A DNA stretch of 64,000 nucleotides, taken from Angustibacter luteus (lineage in GTDB: Bacteria; Actinomycetota; Actinomycetes; Actinomycetales; Angustibacteraceae). This document shows, piece after piece, positions 27,855-38,934 of this stretch. The stretch lies in NCBI RefSeq assembly GCF_039541115.1, contig NZ_BAABFP010000002.1, positions 992,001 to 1,056,000 of the forward strand. The letters run 5' to 3'. Position 1 is the stretch's first letter; every line of letters starts with the position of its first letter. The position numbers and the translations under genes are program-made. The notes under the pieces were generated by a model, which worked only from the letters and a program-made list of their open reading frames with translations, did not search any database and was not told where the DNA came from.

Positions 27855-28301
27855 ATGGCCATCGAGCCCCTGACCCGGCGGTCCGCCCTGACCGGACTGG
27901 CCGTCGCGGGTGCGGCCGCGGTCGTGGGATTCGTGGTGGCCCGCGCGAGCCGGCCCGACTCCGCCGCCGCGGCGAGCGGTGCGGCCAACAGCTACGGCGC
28001 GGACCCGAGCGGCGGTCAGGTCCTGGCCACCCTGGGCCAGGTGCCACCGGGTGGCGGCCTGGTCCTGGCTGACCGCAGGATCGTGCTGACCCGCGGTCAG
28101 GGCGACGACGTCCACGCGTTCTCCGCGGTCTGCACCCACCAGGGATGCACCGTCTCGTCCGTGGCCGACGGCGTCATCCTCTGCCCGTGCCACAGCAGCC
28201 GGTTCGACGCGCGGACCGGAGTGGTCCTGGACGGCCCGGCACCCCGCCCGCTCCCCCCGGTCGCCGTGACCGTCAGCGGCGACGACGTCCTGACGAGCTA
28301 G
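27855..28301 (+). CDS. Tat-exported Rieske [2Fe-2S] protein
   Basis: LTRRSAL twin-arginine motif, CTHQGC, CPCHSSRF. Confidence 0.92.
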   Translation: MAIEPLTRRSALTGLAVAGAAAVVGFVVARASRPDSAAAASGAANSYGADPSGGQVLATLGQVPPGGGLVLADRRIVLTRGQGDDVHAFSAVCTHQGCTVSSVADGVILCPCHSSRFDARTGVVLDGPAPRPLPPVAVTVSGDDVLTS

Positions 28302-28310
28302 GAGGTTCCT

Positions 28311-28394
28311 ATGCGCGTGCTCGTCACGCTTCCGACACTGCTCTGGCTGGTCGCGGTGGGTCTGGCCGTCGGCGCGCTGCTGGCGCTCGGCTGA
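28311..28394 (+). CDS. 27-aa single-pass membrane peptide MRVLVTLPTLLWLVAVGLAVGALLALG
   Basis: AGGAGG RBS overlapping the Rieske stop codon, ATG 5 nt later, hydrophobic ORF ending TGA. Confidence 0.55.
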   Translation: MRVLVTLPTLLWLVAVGLAVGALLALG

Positions 28395-28482
28395 CGACTA
28401 CCCGGGGCGGGTGATCCCAGGCGACCGCGCCCGCGACATCGTGAGCAGTCAGAGGCGGATCCCGAGGCATCGGTAGGCCAAC

Positions 28483-29307
28483 GTGAACATCCTGGTCGGC
28501 GCGATCGCCGTCATCATCATCACGTCCGTGACGGTGACGGTGATGCTGCTCGTCCGGCGAGGGGCGCCCGAGGGGAGCTACTTCAAGGACGGCGACCGGG
28601 CGTCGGGTGTCTTCGGTGTGATCGCGACCGGGTTCTCGGTGCTGCTCGGCTTCATCATCTTCCTCGCGTTCGACTCCTACGACGAGTCGCGTGCCGGAGC
28701 CGAGGACGAGGCGACCGTTGTGGTCCAGCAGGTGCAGACGGCCCAGTTCCTGCCGCCCAGCACCGCAAACGCCCTGACCGGCGAGCTGATCTGCTACGCC
28801 CGCACGGTGTCCGGCCCCGAGTGGGATGCGCTGGCGTCCGGCACGCTCGGCGACTCGATCAACCCCTGGGGCGTCGCGATGTTCCACACGATCCGGGCCG
28901 CGAACCCGACCACGACGGCCGAGCAGTCGGCGTACGACCGGTGGATGGACCAGACGTCGGACCGCGAACAGGCTCGCATGCAACGGGTGCACGGCGCCGA
29001 GGGCATCATCCCCGTGCCGCTCTGGATGGTGCTCGGCGTCATCTCGGTCGTGATCTTCGTCTTCATGCTGTTCTTCGCCGACAGCGGTGAGGGCCGTTGG
29101 ACGCAGGGGATCCTGATGGGCAGCGTGACCGTGGTGGTGAGCCTGCTGCTCATGCTGCTCGTGTTCTTCGACCACCCGCACGGCAACGGTGTCGGGCGCC
29201 TGCACCCGACCGCGATGGAACGCACGCTGCGGTTGACTGCTGCCGAGCTCGCAGCGGCCGGCACCAGCGTGACACCCCCGTGTGACGCGCATGGTCGAGC
29301 CGGCTGA
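28483..29307 (+). CDS. DUF4239 / bestrophin-like membrane protein
   Basis: FSVLLGFIIF, E...A, R..R..G..IP..LW..L pattern; 4 TM segments. Confidence 0.7.
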   Translation: MNILVGAIAVIIITSVTVTVMLLVRRGAPEGSYFKDGDRASGVFGVIATGFSVLLGFIIFLAFDSYDESRAGAEDEATVVVQQVQTAQFLPPSTANALTGELICYARTVSGPEWDALASGTLGDSINPWGVAMFHTIRAANPTTTAEQSAYDRWMDQTSDREQARMQRVHGAEGIIPVPLWMVLGVISVVIFVFMLFFADSGEGRWTQGILMGSVTVVVSLLLMLLVFFDHPHGNGVGRLHPTAMERTLRLTAAELAAAGTSVTPPCDAHGRAG

Positions 29308-29941
29308 CGCCGCCACCGCCGGGCGCAGGAACCGGGCCGAGCTGCTCGCGACCGTGCTGCTGGTGGTGGCCGCGGTCGCGACGTCCTGGAGCAGCTACCA
29401 GGCGGCGCGCTGGCACGGCGAGCAGGCGGCCGCCACGAGCCGGACCTCCGCGATCAGGATCCAGGCGGCGCGAGCGGACAGCCTGGCGGACTCGCAGACG
29501 CAGGTCGACGTCGCCACCTTCATCGCGTGGGCCGACGCCGACCAGCGCGGGGACGCCAAGGTGGCCGACTTCTACGTCGACCGGTTCCGACCGGAGTTCA
29601 AGACCGCGTTCGAGGCCTGGCTGGCCACCGATCCGCTGACCAGCCCCGGTGCGGCGAAGACCCCGTTCGCCATGCCGAGCTATGCACCTGCCGCGCGCGC
29701 CACCGCCGACAAGCTGGACGCGGCCGCCGAGGTGTCGGCCGCCGAGGTGACCCGGGACATCCAGCGGGCCAGCAACTACGTCCTCACCGTGGTGCTCTAC
29801 AGCGTCGCGCTGTTCTTCGCCGGGATGAGCACCAAGATCCGCAACCCGCTCTTACGACTGACCCTCGTCGGGGCCGGTTGCGCCGTCCTGCTCGGGACGC
29901 TCGTCTGGGTCGCGACGTTCCCGATCAGTCTGAAGGTCTGA
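29291..29941 (+). CDS. hypothetical membrane protein (3 TM)
   Basis: ATSWSSYQAARW, FRPEFK.AF.AW, LFFAGMS; overlaps the previous gene. Confidence 0.72.
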   Translation: MVEPADAATAGRRNRAELLATVLLVVAAVATSWSSYQAARWHGEQAAATSRTSAIRIQAARADSLADSQTQVDVATFIAWADADQRGDAKVADFYVDRFRPEFKTAFEAWLATDPLTSPGAAKTPFAMPSYAPAARATADKLDAAAEVSAAEVTRDIQRASNYVLTVVLYSVALFFAGMSTKIRNPLLRLTLVGAGCAVLLGTLVWVATFPISLKV

Positions 29942-29953
29942 CCGTCCTGGTCA

Positions 29954-32638
<2,685 letters not shown>

Positions 32639-32809
32639 CCGTGAGACATCTACCGCGGACTCTGGCAGCGCCGTCCGGGGACGGCCTCACCCGTGCAAGG
32701 TGATGCCGAGGATGGGCACTCAGCGGGGTAGCGCCGTCCCCGGACCACCTGGACGGGGTTTCCTAAATGGCCCGTGTTGCCCCGGTCAGCGCACTAGCCT
32801 GGGCGCATC

Positions 32810-35800
32810 GTGGAGGACCCCGGGGCGCCGTCCGAGCTCGACCTGCTCGTCGAGCTCACCGCCGTGTCGTCGGACGACGACCGCGAGGTGTACGCCTGGC
32901 GCCACCCGTCGATCCTCGAACCAGGCGTGGCTGAGCGCCTGGCACCGCAGGTGGAGAAGGCACCTCCTGACGCCCGCCCCGCGATGGCGGGGGCCCTGGC
33001 CTACCTGTGGGACGTCCGCCACCGGTACGAGGAGTACGACGCCGGCTACCCGGTCGGCATCGGGCCCGTCGAGGGCGTGTGGCAGCAGGTCGACTCCGGT
33101 GCGATCTCCCTGGCCGAGGGTGTCCGCCGGGTACGTGCACCCGCGTTTACCGCTGTCCTCTCCAGCCGCTACCTCACAGCGCTCGCGCACTGGATCGGCG
33201 ACCAGGTGTCGCGCGGGGGCTGGCGCCCGAGCCTGCAGATGGCACGACTGGCGCGGGCCGCCGCTGACGGCGCCACTGATGCCGTGGCGCCGCTCACCGC
33301 GCACGTGGCGATCGCCGTCGCCTGGGTCGAGGTCGCGAAGGTTGCCCTCGCCGACGTCCCGGACGGCGCCCTGCTCGCCGAGTCGCGGACCCTCTGCGAG
33401 AGCGTGCTCGCCAGGTTGGGACCGGACGGCGATCCGCGCTCGCGCGCCTCGGTGTGGTTCAGCCTCGGGACGCTCTACCTGGATCCCTACGTCGCCGGGG
33501 CGAGCACCGGGCACCTCGCGGATCGCAGCGAGGCCTGGCAGCAGCGTGGGGCGATCGCGGCGGCGGGCCGGGGCGTCGACGAGGTGCCGCCCATGCCCGA
33601 GCTGCTCGACGCACTCGAGCTCGCCGAGGACTTCCTCCGTCGCTCACTGGCCCTGCGCGGGCCCGGTCGACGGGCCGTGGCCCTCAAGGCGCTGGTCGAC
33701 GTGCTGACCTGGCGCAACGAGCTGACCCAAGAGAACGACTCCCAGGACATCACCGCGGTGTGCCGAGAGGCGCTCGCCGATCTCGGCGAGGAGGCCCACG
33801 CGCGACTTCGCCTGTCCTTGCTGAGCGCGCTGCAGTTCTACGGGGAGGAGGTGGACGTCGACGCCGTCGGGCCGGTGCTCGTCGCGCCTCCCGAGGAGCT
33901 CGCCGAGGCCTTGGGGGCCGAGAACGCGGCCACGACCCTGCTGACCGCCATCCGCCTGGTGCTCCCCACGCAGCCGCGAACCGCGTTGGACGCCGTGAAG
34001 CGCCTCCAGCCGTTCTTTTCCGCCGGCACCGACGACCTTCGGGTCGCCGCCCTCGAGGTGGAGCTGACCGCATTGGCGGACAGCCTGGTCGGGACGCTGC
34101 CGACCCGAGGATCCCTGGCCGCCGACGTTCGGGAGGTGCAGGCCCGGGCCACGACCGAGGGCTGGAACGGCGCCCACCGCGCGGCGGCGATGCTCCGCCT
34201 CGCGGGCCGGGCGAGCGCCACGGACGAGGAAGCGCTCGGCCTCGAGCTGATCGACCAGATCCCTACGATCAGCCCCATCGTCGCGTCCGAGCACTGGCAG
34301 CTCGTGGCGTGGCTGCGCACCATCCTGCAGCTGGACATGGGGGTCAACGCGTTCCGCGCCGCCCGGTGGGCGGAGTGCGCGGACTGGTACGCGCGGGCCC
34401 TGTCCGGGTTCCTGGACCTGGGTCTCGACGACCGCGCGCTCGCGACGCTGCTGCGCGTCGGCGACATCACCAGCCGCGCGGACACACCGGTCGAGGCCGC
34501 GTTCCTGCGGGCGCTCGCGCCCAACGCCGCGCGGATCGAGACACGGCTCGGTGACGGCGCGACCGAGGTCATCCAGGACATGGTCCGGTTGGCGATGGTG
34601 ACGTTCAGCGGCCGGGCCATCAGCGGTGAGGCGATGAACCTGCTGTGGCAGGTCGCGAAGGGCGCCCGGCTTGCCCCGGTGCTCGCGGCAACCAGTGACT
34701 ACGACCCGACACGGGACGAGTACCCCGCCCGCCTCCTCGCCCAGATCGCGGACCTGCGGGCAGAGCTGGCCGTCGAGCCGGGCGTCTCGGGTCGCGACCC
34801 GGAGGTGCTGCTCGACGAGGACTCGGTGCTCACGGCGTACGCACGTCGACGGTCCGTCGATGGTGGCTCGACGCTGGAGGAGCAGATCGTCAACCTCGAG
34901 CACGCGTTCGACGAGGTGGTCACCCAGCGGATGCTCCTGACGCCCGGGGTGGCCTCGGCGGCCTACTTGTCCCTCGAGGAGGTCCAGCAGACGCTGTCCG
35001 ACCGCACCGTCCTCATCAGCCTGTACCTCGGGGCGGCGGAGGACGGCCGCATGGCGGTCTACGTCCTGTACCTGACGGACACCGACGTCGGCGTGAGCGT
35101 CATCCCCCACGGCTTCCCGTTCAGCATGATCGAGATGGGGGGCCTGACCGCCAACCCGTTCGGACTGATCGTCGCAGCCACGAGGCGCGCCGTCATGGAG
35201 CCGCCGCTCGGCCGGCGACTGGCGTCCCGCGAGGCCGAGGACACCCTGGCGACCTACCTACCGGGTCTGCTCGGTCACGTCAGCGAGCGCCTGACGGAGT
35301 TCCGGGCCTCCGGGCGGGACCACCTGTGCATCGTGCCGCACGGGCCCCTGCACTACTTCCCCTTCCACCTGCTCGGTCCACCCGGCCACCCGCTGGCGGA
35401 GGACTTCGCGGTCACCTACCTGCCGCACCTCTACCTGCTGGCGGGACGCGACGGCGTGGCGCCGGCCGTGCCGATCGGTACCGCGGTCGGTCTCGGCTTC
35501 GCGGACGACGGGCGACCTGGGCTGCACCCGCTGCCCGAGGCGGTGCCGGAGGCGAAGGACGTCGCGGCACTGTTCGGCAGCGGCGCCCTCACCGACGAAC
35601 GTGCGACGGAACCCGCTGTGGTCGAGGCGCTGTCCACGTCCGGTGTCGTGCACCTCGCGACCCACGGCCGGCACAACGTCGACGCTCCCGCGTTCCAGAC
35701 GCTGTACGTCCACCCCACGGCCGAAACCGACGGCCGGCTGCACGCCTACGAGCTGCTCGGCCGCGACCTCAGTGGCCTGCGCCTGCTCACGTTGAGCGCC

Positions 35801-36100
35801 TGCGAGACGGCACTGGGCCGGTTCGACCGGGGCGACAACCTCCGCGGCCTGCCGGCGAGCTTCTTCATCAGCGGGGTCCGCACGCTGATCGGGACGCTGT
35901 GGACCGTGCCGGATCCCGTCTCGCGCCACTTCTTCACGACGTTCCACCGCAACCGTGCCGACGGCCGCTCGCTGCTCGACGCGTTCGTTGCAGCCCAACG
36001 CGAAACCAGGACGTCGTACCCGCAGTACCGTGACTGGGGCGCCTTCACGTTCTCGGGCGACTGGGTGGATCGTGACGCAGCTCCCGGGGAGGACCCATGA
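32810..36100 (+). CDS. CHAT-domain protease with long helical (TPR-like) N-terminus
   Basis: IVPHGPLHYFPF, HLATHG (His952), LSACET (Cys998), GTLWTV.D, WGAFTFSG. Confidence 0.9.
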   Translation: MEDPGAPSELDLLVELTAVSSDDDREVYAWRHPSILEPGVAERLAPQVEKAPPDARPAMAGALAYLWDVRHRYEEYDAGYPVGIGPVEGVWQQVDSGAISLAEGVRRVRAPAFTAVLSSRYLTALAHWIGDQVSRGGWRPSLQMARLARAAADGATDAVAPLTAHVAIAVAWVEVAKVALADVPDGALLAESRTLCESVLARLGPDGDPRSRASVWFSLGTLYLDPYVAGASTGHLADRSEAWQQRGAIAAAGRGVDEVPPMPELLDALELAEDFLRRSLALRGPGRRAVALKALVDVLTWRNELTQENDSQDITAVCREALADLGEEAHARLRLSLLSALQFYGEEVDVDAVGPVLVAPPEELAEALGAENAATTLLTAIRLVLPTQPRTALDAVKRLQPFFSAGTDDLRVAALEVELTALADSLVGTLPTRGSLAADVREVQARATTEGWNGAHRAAAMLRLAGRASATDEEALGLELIDQIPTISPIVASEHWQLVAWLRTILQLDMGVNAFRAARWAECADWYARALSGFLDLGLDDRALATLLRVGDITSRADTPVEAAFLRALAPNAARIETRLGDGATEVIQDMVRLAMVTFSGRAISGEAMNLLWQVAKGARLAPVLAATSDYDPTRDEYPARLLAQIADLRAELAVEPGVSGRDPEVLLDEDSVLTAYARRRSVDGGSTLEEQIVNLEHAFDEVVTQRMLLTPGVASAAYLSLEEVQQTLSDRTVLISLYLGAAEDGRMAVYVLYLTDTDVGVSVIPHGFPFSMIEMGGLTANPFGLIVAATRRAVMEPPLGRRLASREAEDTLATYLPGLLGHVSERLTEFRASGRDHLCIVPHGPLHYFPFHLLGPPGHPLAEDFAVTYLPHLYLLAGRDGVAPAVPIGTAVGLGFADDGRPGLHPLPEAVPEAKDVAALFGSGALTDERATEPAVVEALSTSGVVHLATHGRHNVDAPAFQTLYVHPTAETDGRLHAYELLGRDLSGLRLLTLSACETALGRFDRGDNLRGLPASFFISGVRTLIGTLWTVPDPVSRHFFTTFHRNRADGRSLLDAFVAAQRETRTSYPQYRDWGAFTFSGDWVDRDAAPGEDP

Positions 36101-36813
36101 CGACGATCGACATGCCTGACCCCGTCCCGCTCGACCTGGTCCTGCAGCCCAAGGAGGAGTTCGTTCGTCGCGGCGACGGCGGACCCACGTCGACGGAGCC
36201 CGTCCGGCAGCGGATCTCCGTCGGAGGACCGATCTACCGCGGCATCGACGCGGACTCGACCGATGACCCAGAGCTGCGCCACTTCCTGGCCGAGGACGCC
36301 GCCGACTCCGACTTCTACCTCGTGCACCTCACCTGCACCCTGCGGCACGAGGACGACGAGCCGTTCACCGAGGTCCTCCTCGAGATCGACCTGGGCGAGT
36401 CCGGATCGGCGCCGGCACCGATCGCCTGGTCCATGCAGCCGGATCGCGTGACCGACGCGGTTGAGGTGTCCCGCACCGTCAGCCTCGGTCCGACCATGAA
36501 GATCCTCGGCGTCGGGGTCGAGGCCAGGGGAGAGGCCGGACGGACGCTGTCCCGGCAGGTGCCCTCGCTGGAGGCGCTCTACGAGCTCGAGTCCACCCCG
36601 AGCTGGGCGTTGTACCGCACCGAGTCGGTCGAGCTGCGCGGCCTCTACCGCTTCCACCTGGTCGTCCGCGCACCGAAGGATGCTGCCGTCACCGGCACCA
36701 CGAGCGTCGAGGCGAAGGTGCGCCGCAAGCTCCTCGGGGTCATCCCCTATCGCGCGGACCTCACCGCGGTGCCGGACGCGTTGTCCTTCACCTTGGGCGG
36801 GCGGGAGCCGTGA
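36097..36813 (+). CDS. hypothetical beta-rich protein, putative beta-pore-forming effector
   Basis: ATGA overlap with CHAT gene and GGAGG RBS; amphipathic hairpin at aa 122-151. Confidence 0.75.
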   Translation: MTTIDMPDPVPLDLVLQPKEEFVRRGDGGPTSTEPVRQRISVGGPIYRGIDADSTDDPELRHFLAEDAADSDFYLVHLTCTLRHEDDEPFTEVLLEIDLGESGSAPAPIAWSMQPDRVTDAVEVSRTVSLGPTMKILGVGVEARGEAGRTLSRQVPSLEALYELESTPSWALYRTESVELRGLYRFHLVVRAPKDAAVTGTTSVEAKVRRKLLGVIPYRADLTAVPDALSFTLGGREP

Positions 36814-37160
36814 GCACACCCGTCGACCCGTACGCGGTACCGGACGAGCTGGCTACCCGCTTCCTCGAGGTGAAGGCGATGGCCGAGGCCCTCACCGGTC
36901 CCGAGGCCGCGCAGTTCTTCGTGATGCTGACGTCCTACTCCCTGCACGGGATGGCTTACGGCGCAACGGCTCTCACGGTCTCCCGGACCGCGACCCCGAA
37001 CCTCGTCCAGACCCAGACCGGCTTCACCTGCGACGCCTCCTTCTCCCCCGACCTGCTGGCGCCCGCGACACTGCGAGCCGCCCGGATCGAGGGCGACCTG
37101 GCCACCGTCGCGCTCGAGGCCCGCCTGGAGGACATCATCCAGATCCTCCGCCTGGGCTGA
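36810..37160 (+). CDS. hypothetical protein, weak SspB-like pattern
   Basis: GTGA overlap, GGGAG RBS; LTVSRTATPNL...FTCDASFS. Confidence 0.65.
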   Translation: MSTPVDPYAVPDELATRFLEVKAMAEALTGPEAAQFFVMLTSYSLHGMAYGATALTVSRTATPNLVQTQTGFTCDASFSPDLLAPATLRAARIEGDLATVALEARLEDIIQILRLG

Positions 37161-37179
37161 CCGCGGCGACGTCCCGGGG

Positions 37180-37998
37180 TCAGCGCTGCTCGCGCGAGCA
37201 CCACCACGTGGTGCGGGTACCGACAGTGCCCCGCTGCATCGCCGCCCCGCACCGCGGGCACCGCGCCCCGGCCTTGCGGAACGGCACCACCTCCAGCGTG
37301 TGCACGCCGCCACCCGCCACGGCCTCGGCGATCGTGGCGTGCACCGCTTCGTAGAGGCGGCGAACCTGGGGGCGGGTCAGCGAGTCGACCGGACGACGGG
37401 GATCGACCCGCGCGTGCCACAGCAGCTGGTCGGCCAGCAGGTTCCCGACCCCGGCCAGCGCGTTCTGATCGAGCAGGCGCGCCTTCACCGGCGCGGTGCC
37501 GCGGCTGAGCAGCGCCCGGAACTCCTCCCAGGTCACCTCGGCGGCGTCCGGGCCGAGCCCCTCGACGTCCGGGTCGAGCCGCACCCGGCCAAGCCGACGC
37601 GGGTCGACGAGCAGCAGGCCGCCGCCGTCGGCGAACGACAGCGCGAACCGGGTGAACCGCTGGTCGCCCTGCTCGCGGCCACGCTGCCAGTAGTCACCAC
37701 CGTCGTTCTCCTGGCCGTCCGGCGCGACCGCCACGATCTTGCCGGACATCCCCAGGTGCAGGCCGAGGACCGGTCCCGGCGTGCGGGAGCGCCCCGCCCC
37801 CGACGTCTCGCACCACATCGTCTTCCCGCGCCGGTGCGCGGCGGTCAGGCGGCGGCCCACCATCGCCGCCCGGATGTCGCCCGGTCGGTGCGGTCGGCAC
37901 TCGTACGTGTCGGTGTCGTCCACGTCCACGATCCGGCGCCCGAGCGCGAGCTCGGCGATCACCGCACGGGCGGACTCGACCTCGGGCAGCTCGGGCAC
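37180..37998 (-). CDS. Fpg/Nei-family DNA glycosylase
   Basis: PELPEVE N-terminus, HLGMSG, LLDQ..AGVGN, CPRC...RTTWWC zinc finger. Confidence 0.92.
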   Translation of the reverse strand: MPELPEVESARAVIAELALGRRIVDVDDTDTYECRPHRPGDIRAAMVGRRLTAAHRRGKTMWCETSGAGRSRTPGPVLGLHLGMSGKIVAVAPDGQENDGGDYWQRGREQGDQRFTRFALSFADGGGLLLVDPRRLGRVRLDPDVEGLGPDAAEVTWEEFRALLSRGTAPVKARLLDQNALAGVGNLLADQLLWHARVDPRRPVDSLTRPQVRRLYEAVHATIAEAVAGGGVHTLEVVPFRKAGARCPRCGAAMQRGTVGTRTTWWCSREQR

Positions 37999-38065
37999 GG
38001 GTTCGAGGGTACGGCCGCTCTCGCCGACCCGCTCGCGACCGTGACCCCAGCCGGGACGGCTCGAA

Positions 38066-38842
38066 TCACGGCGTGGAGCGGATGCGGCGGGCCTCCTCGA
38101 CGAACTCGGCGAGCTCACGCCACGGCCCGGCCACCGCCTGCGACTCCCCCGACAGCGCCGCCGGTTCCTGTCGCCACGCGGCGCGGACCGCCGCACCGGC
38201 ACCCCTACCGTCGCCCGTCCCGAACCGGGCGGACAGCTCCTGCATACGCGCCACGACCTGTTGGACCGCGGCGGAGTCCGGCGCCGCACCCGAACGCCGC
38301 AGCTCCTCCGCGCGGCGGTACAGCTGCGGCCACTCGACCTCGAGGAGGTACGGCAACGCTGGCCCGACCGCGGCGGCGCCCTCGGCCACGCGCTCGCGCT
38401 CCTGCTCGCTCAGCTCCCGGGCGACCGCGTCGTCCGCGCCGCGGGCGGCCCGCACCAGCGCGAGCAGCTCCGCCGGGTTGGCGAGGTCCGCCCGGCCGTC
38501 CGCGCCTTCGTCGGTGTCCAGGACGGCGGCCAGCCGCGAACGCAGCCCGACCAGTGCCGTCACCGCGCGGTCGACCTGGGCCACCTGGTCGGTGAGCAGC
38601 CGGCGGACGTCCACGCCGCCGTCCAGGCTGCGCCGGATCGCGTCCAGCGACATGCCGAACCCGCGCAAGGTGAGGACGACGTACAGCCGGGCCAGGTCGT
38701 CCTCGGTGTATCGGCGGCGGCCGCCCATGCTGTGCCGACTCGGGCGCAGGACGCCGAGCTCGTCCCAGTGGTGCAACGTGCGCACCGTGATGCCACTCGT
38801 CTCGGCCACCTCGCCGACCGACCACGTCCTGTTGGTGTCCAT
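38066..38842 (-). CDS. MerR-family regulator (TipA-like)
   Basis: SVGEVA..SGITVRTLHHWD, GRRRY; C-terminal helical domain. Confidence 0.9.
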   Translation of the reverse strand: MDTNRTWSVGEVAETSGITVRTLHHWDELGVLRPSRHSMGGRRRYTEDDLARLYVVLTLRGFGMSLDAIRRSLDGGVDVRRLLTDQVAQVDRAVTALVGLRSRLAAVLDTDEGADGRADLANPAELLALVRAARGADDAVARELSEQERERVAEGAAAVGPALPYLLEVEWPQLYRRAEELRRSGAAPDSAAVQQVVARMQELSARFGTGDGRGAGAAVRAAWRQEPAALSGESQAVAGPWRELAEFVEEARRIRSTP

Positions 38843-38849
38843 GCAGTCG

Positions 38850-38880
38850 AGTCTGCGACCTCACGTCGCGTGACGTGCAA
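38850..38880 (-). promoter_or_regulatory. MerR-type promoter with 19-bp spacer and dyad (tipA-like)
   Basis: TTGCAC-GTCACGCGACGTGAGGTCG-CAGACT, ATG 7 nt downstream. Confidence 0.8.
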
Positions 38881-38934
38881 GCCCTTCGTCGCACTTCCGC
38901 GCGGGCAGCCATCACGTCGCGGATTCATGGGGAC

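Noticed and set aside
36097..36813. Bacterial gasdermin
   Set aside because: Size and CHAT neighbour fit, but there is no N-terminal Cys and only one clear amphipathic hairpin; no gasdermin-like sequence recognised. A structure search is needed to exclude it fully.
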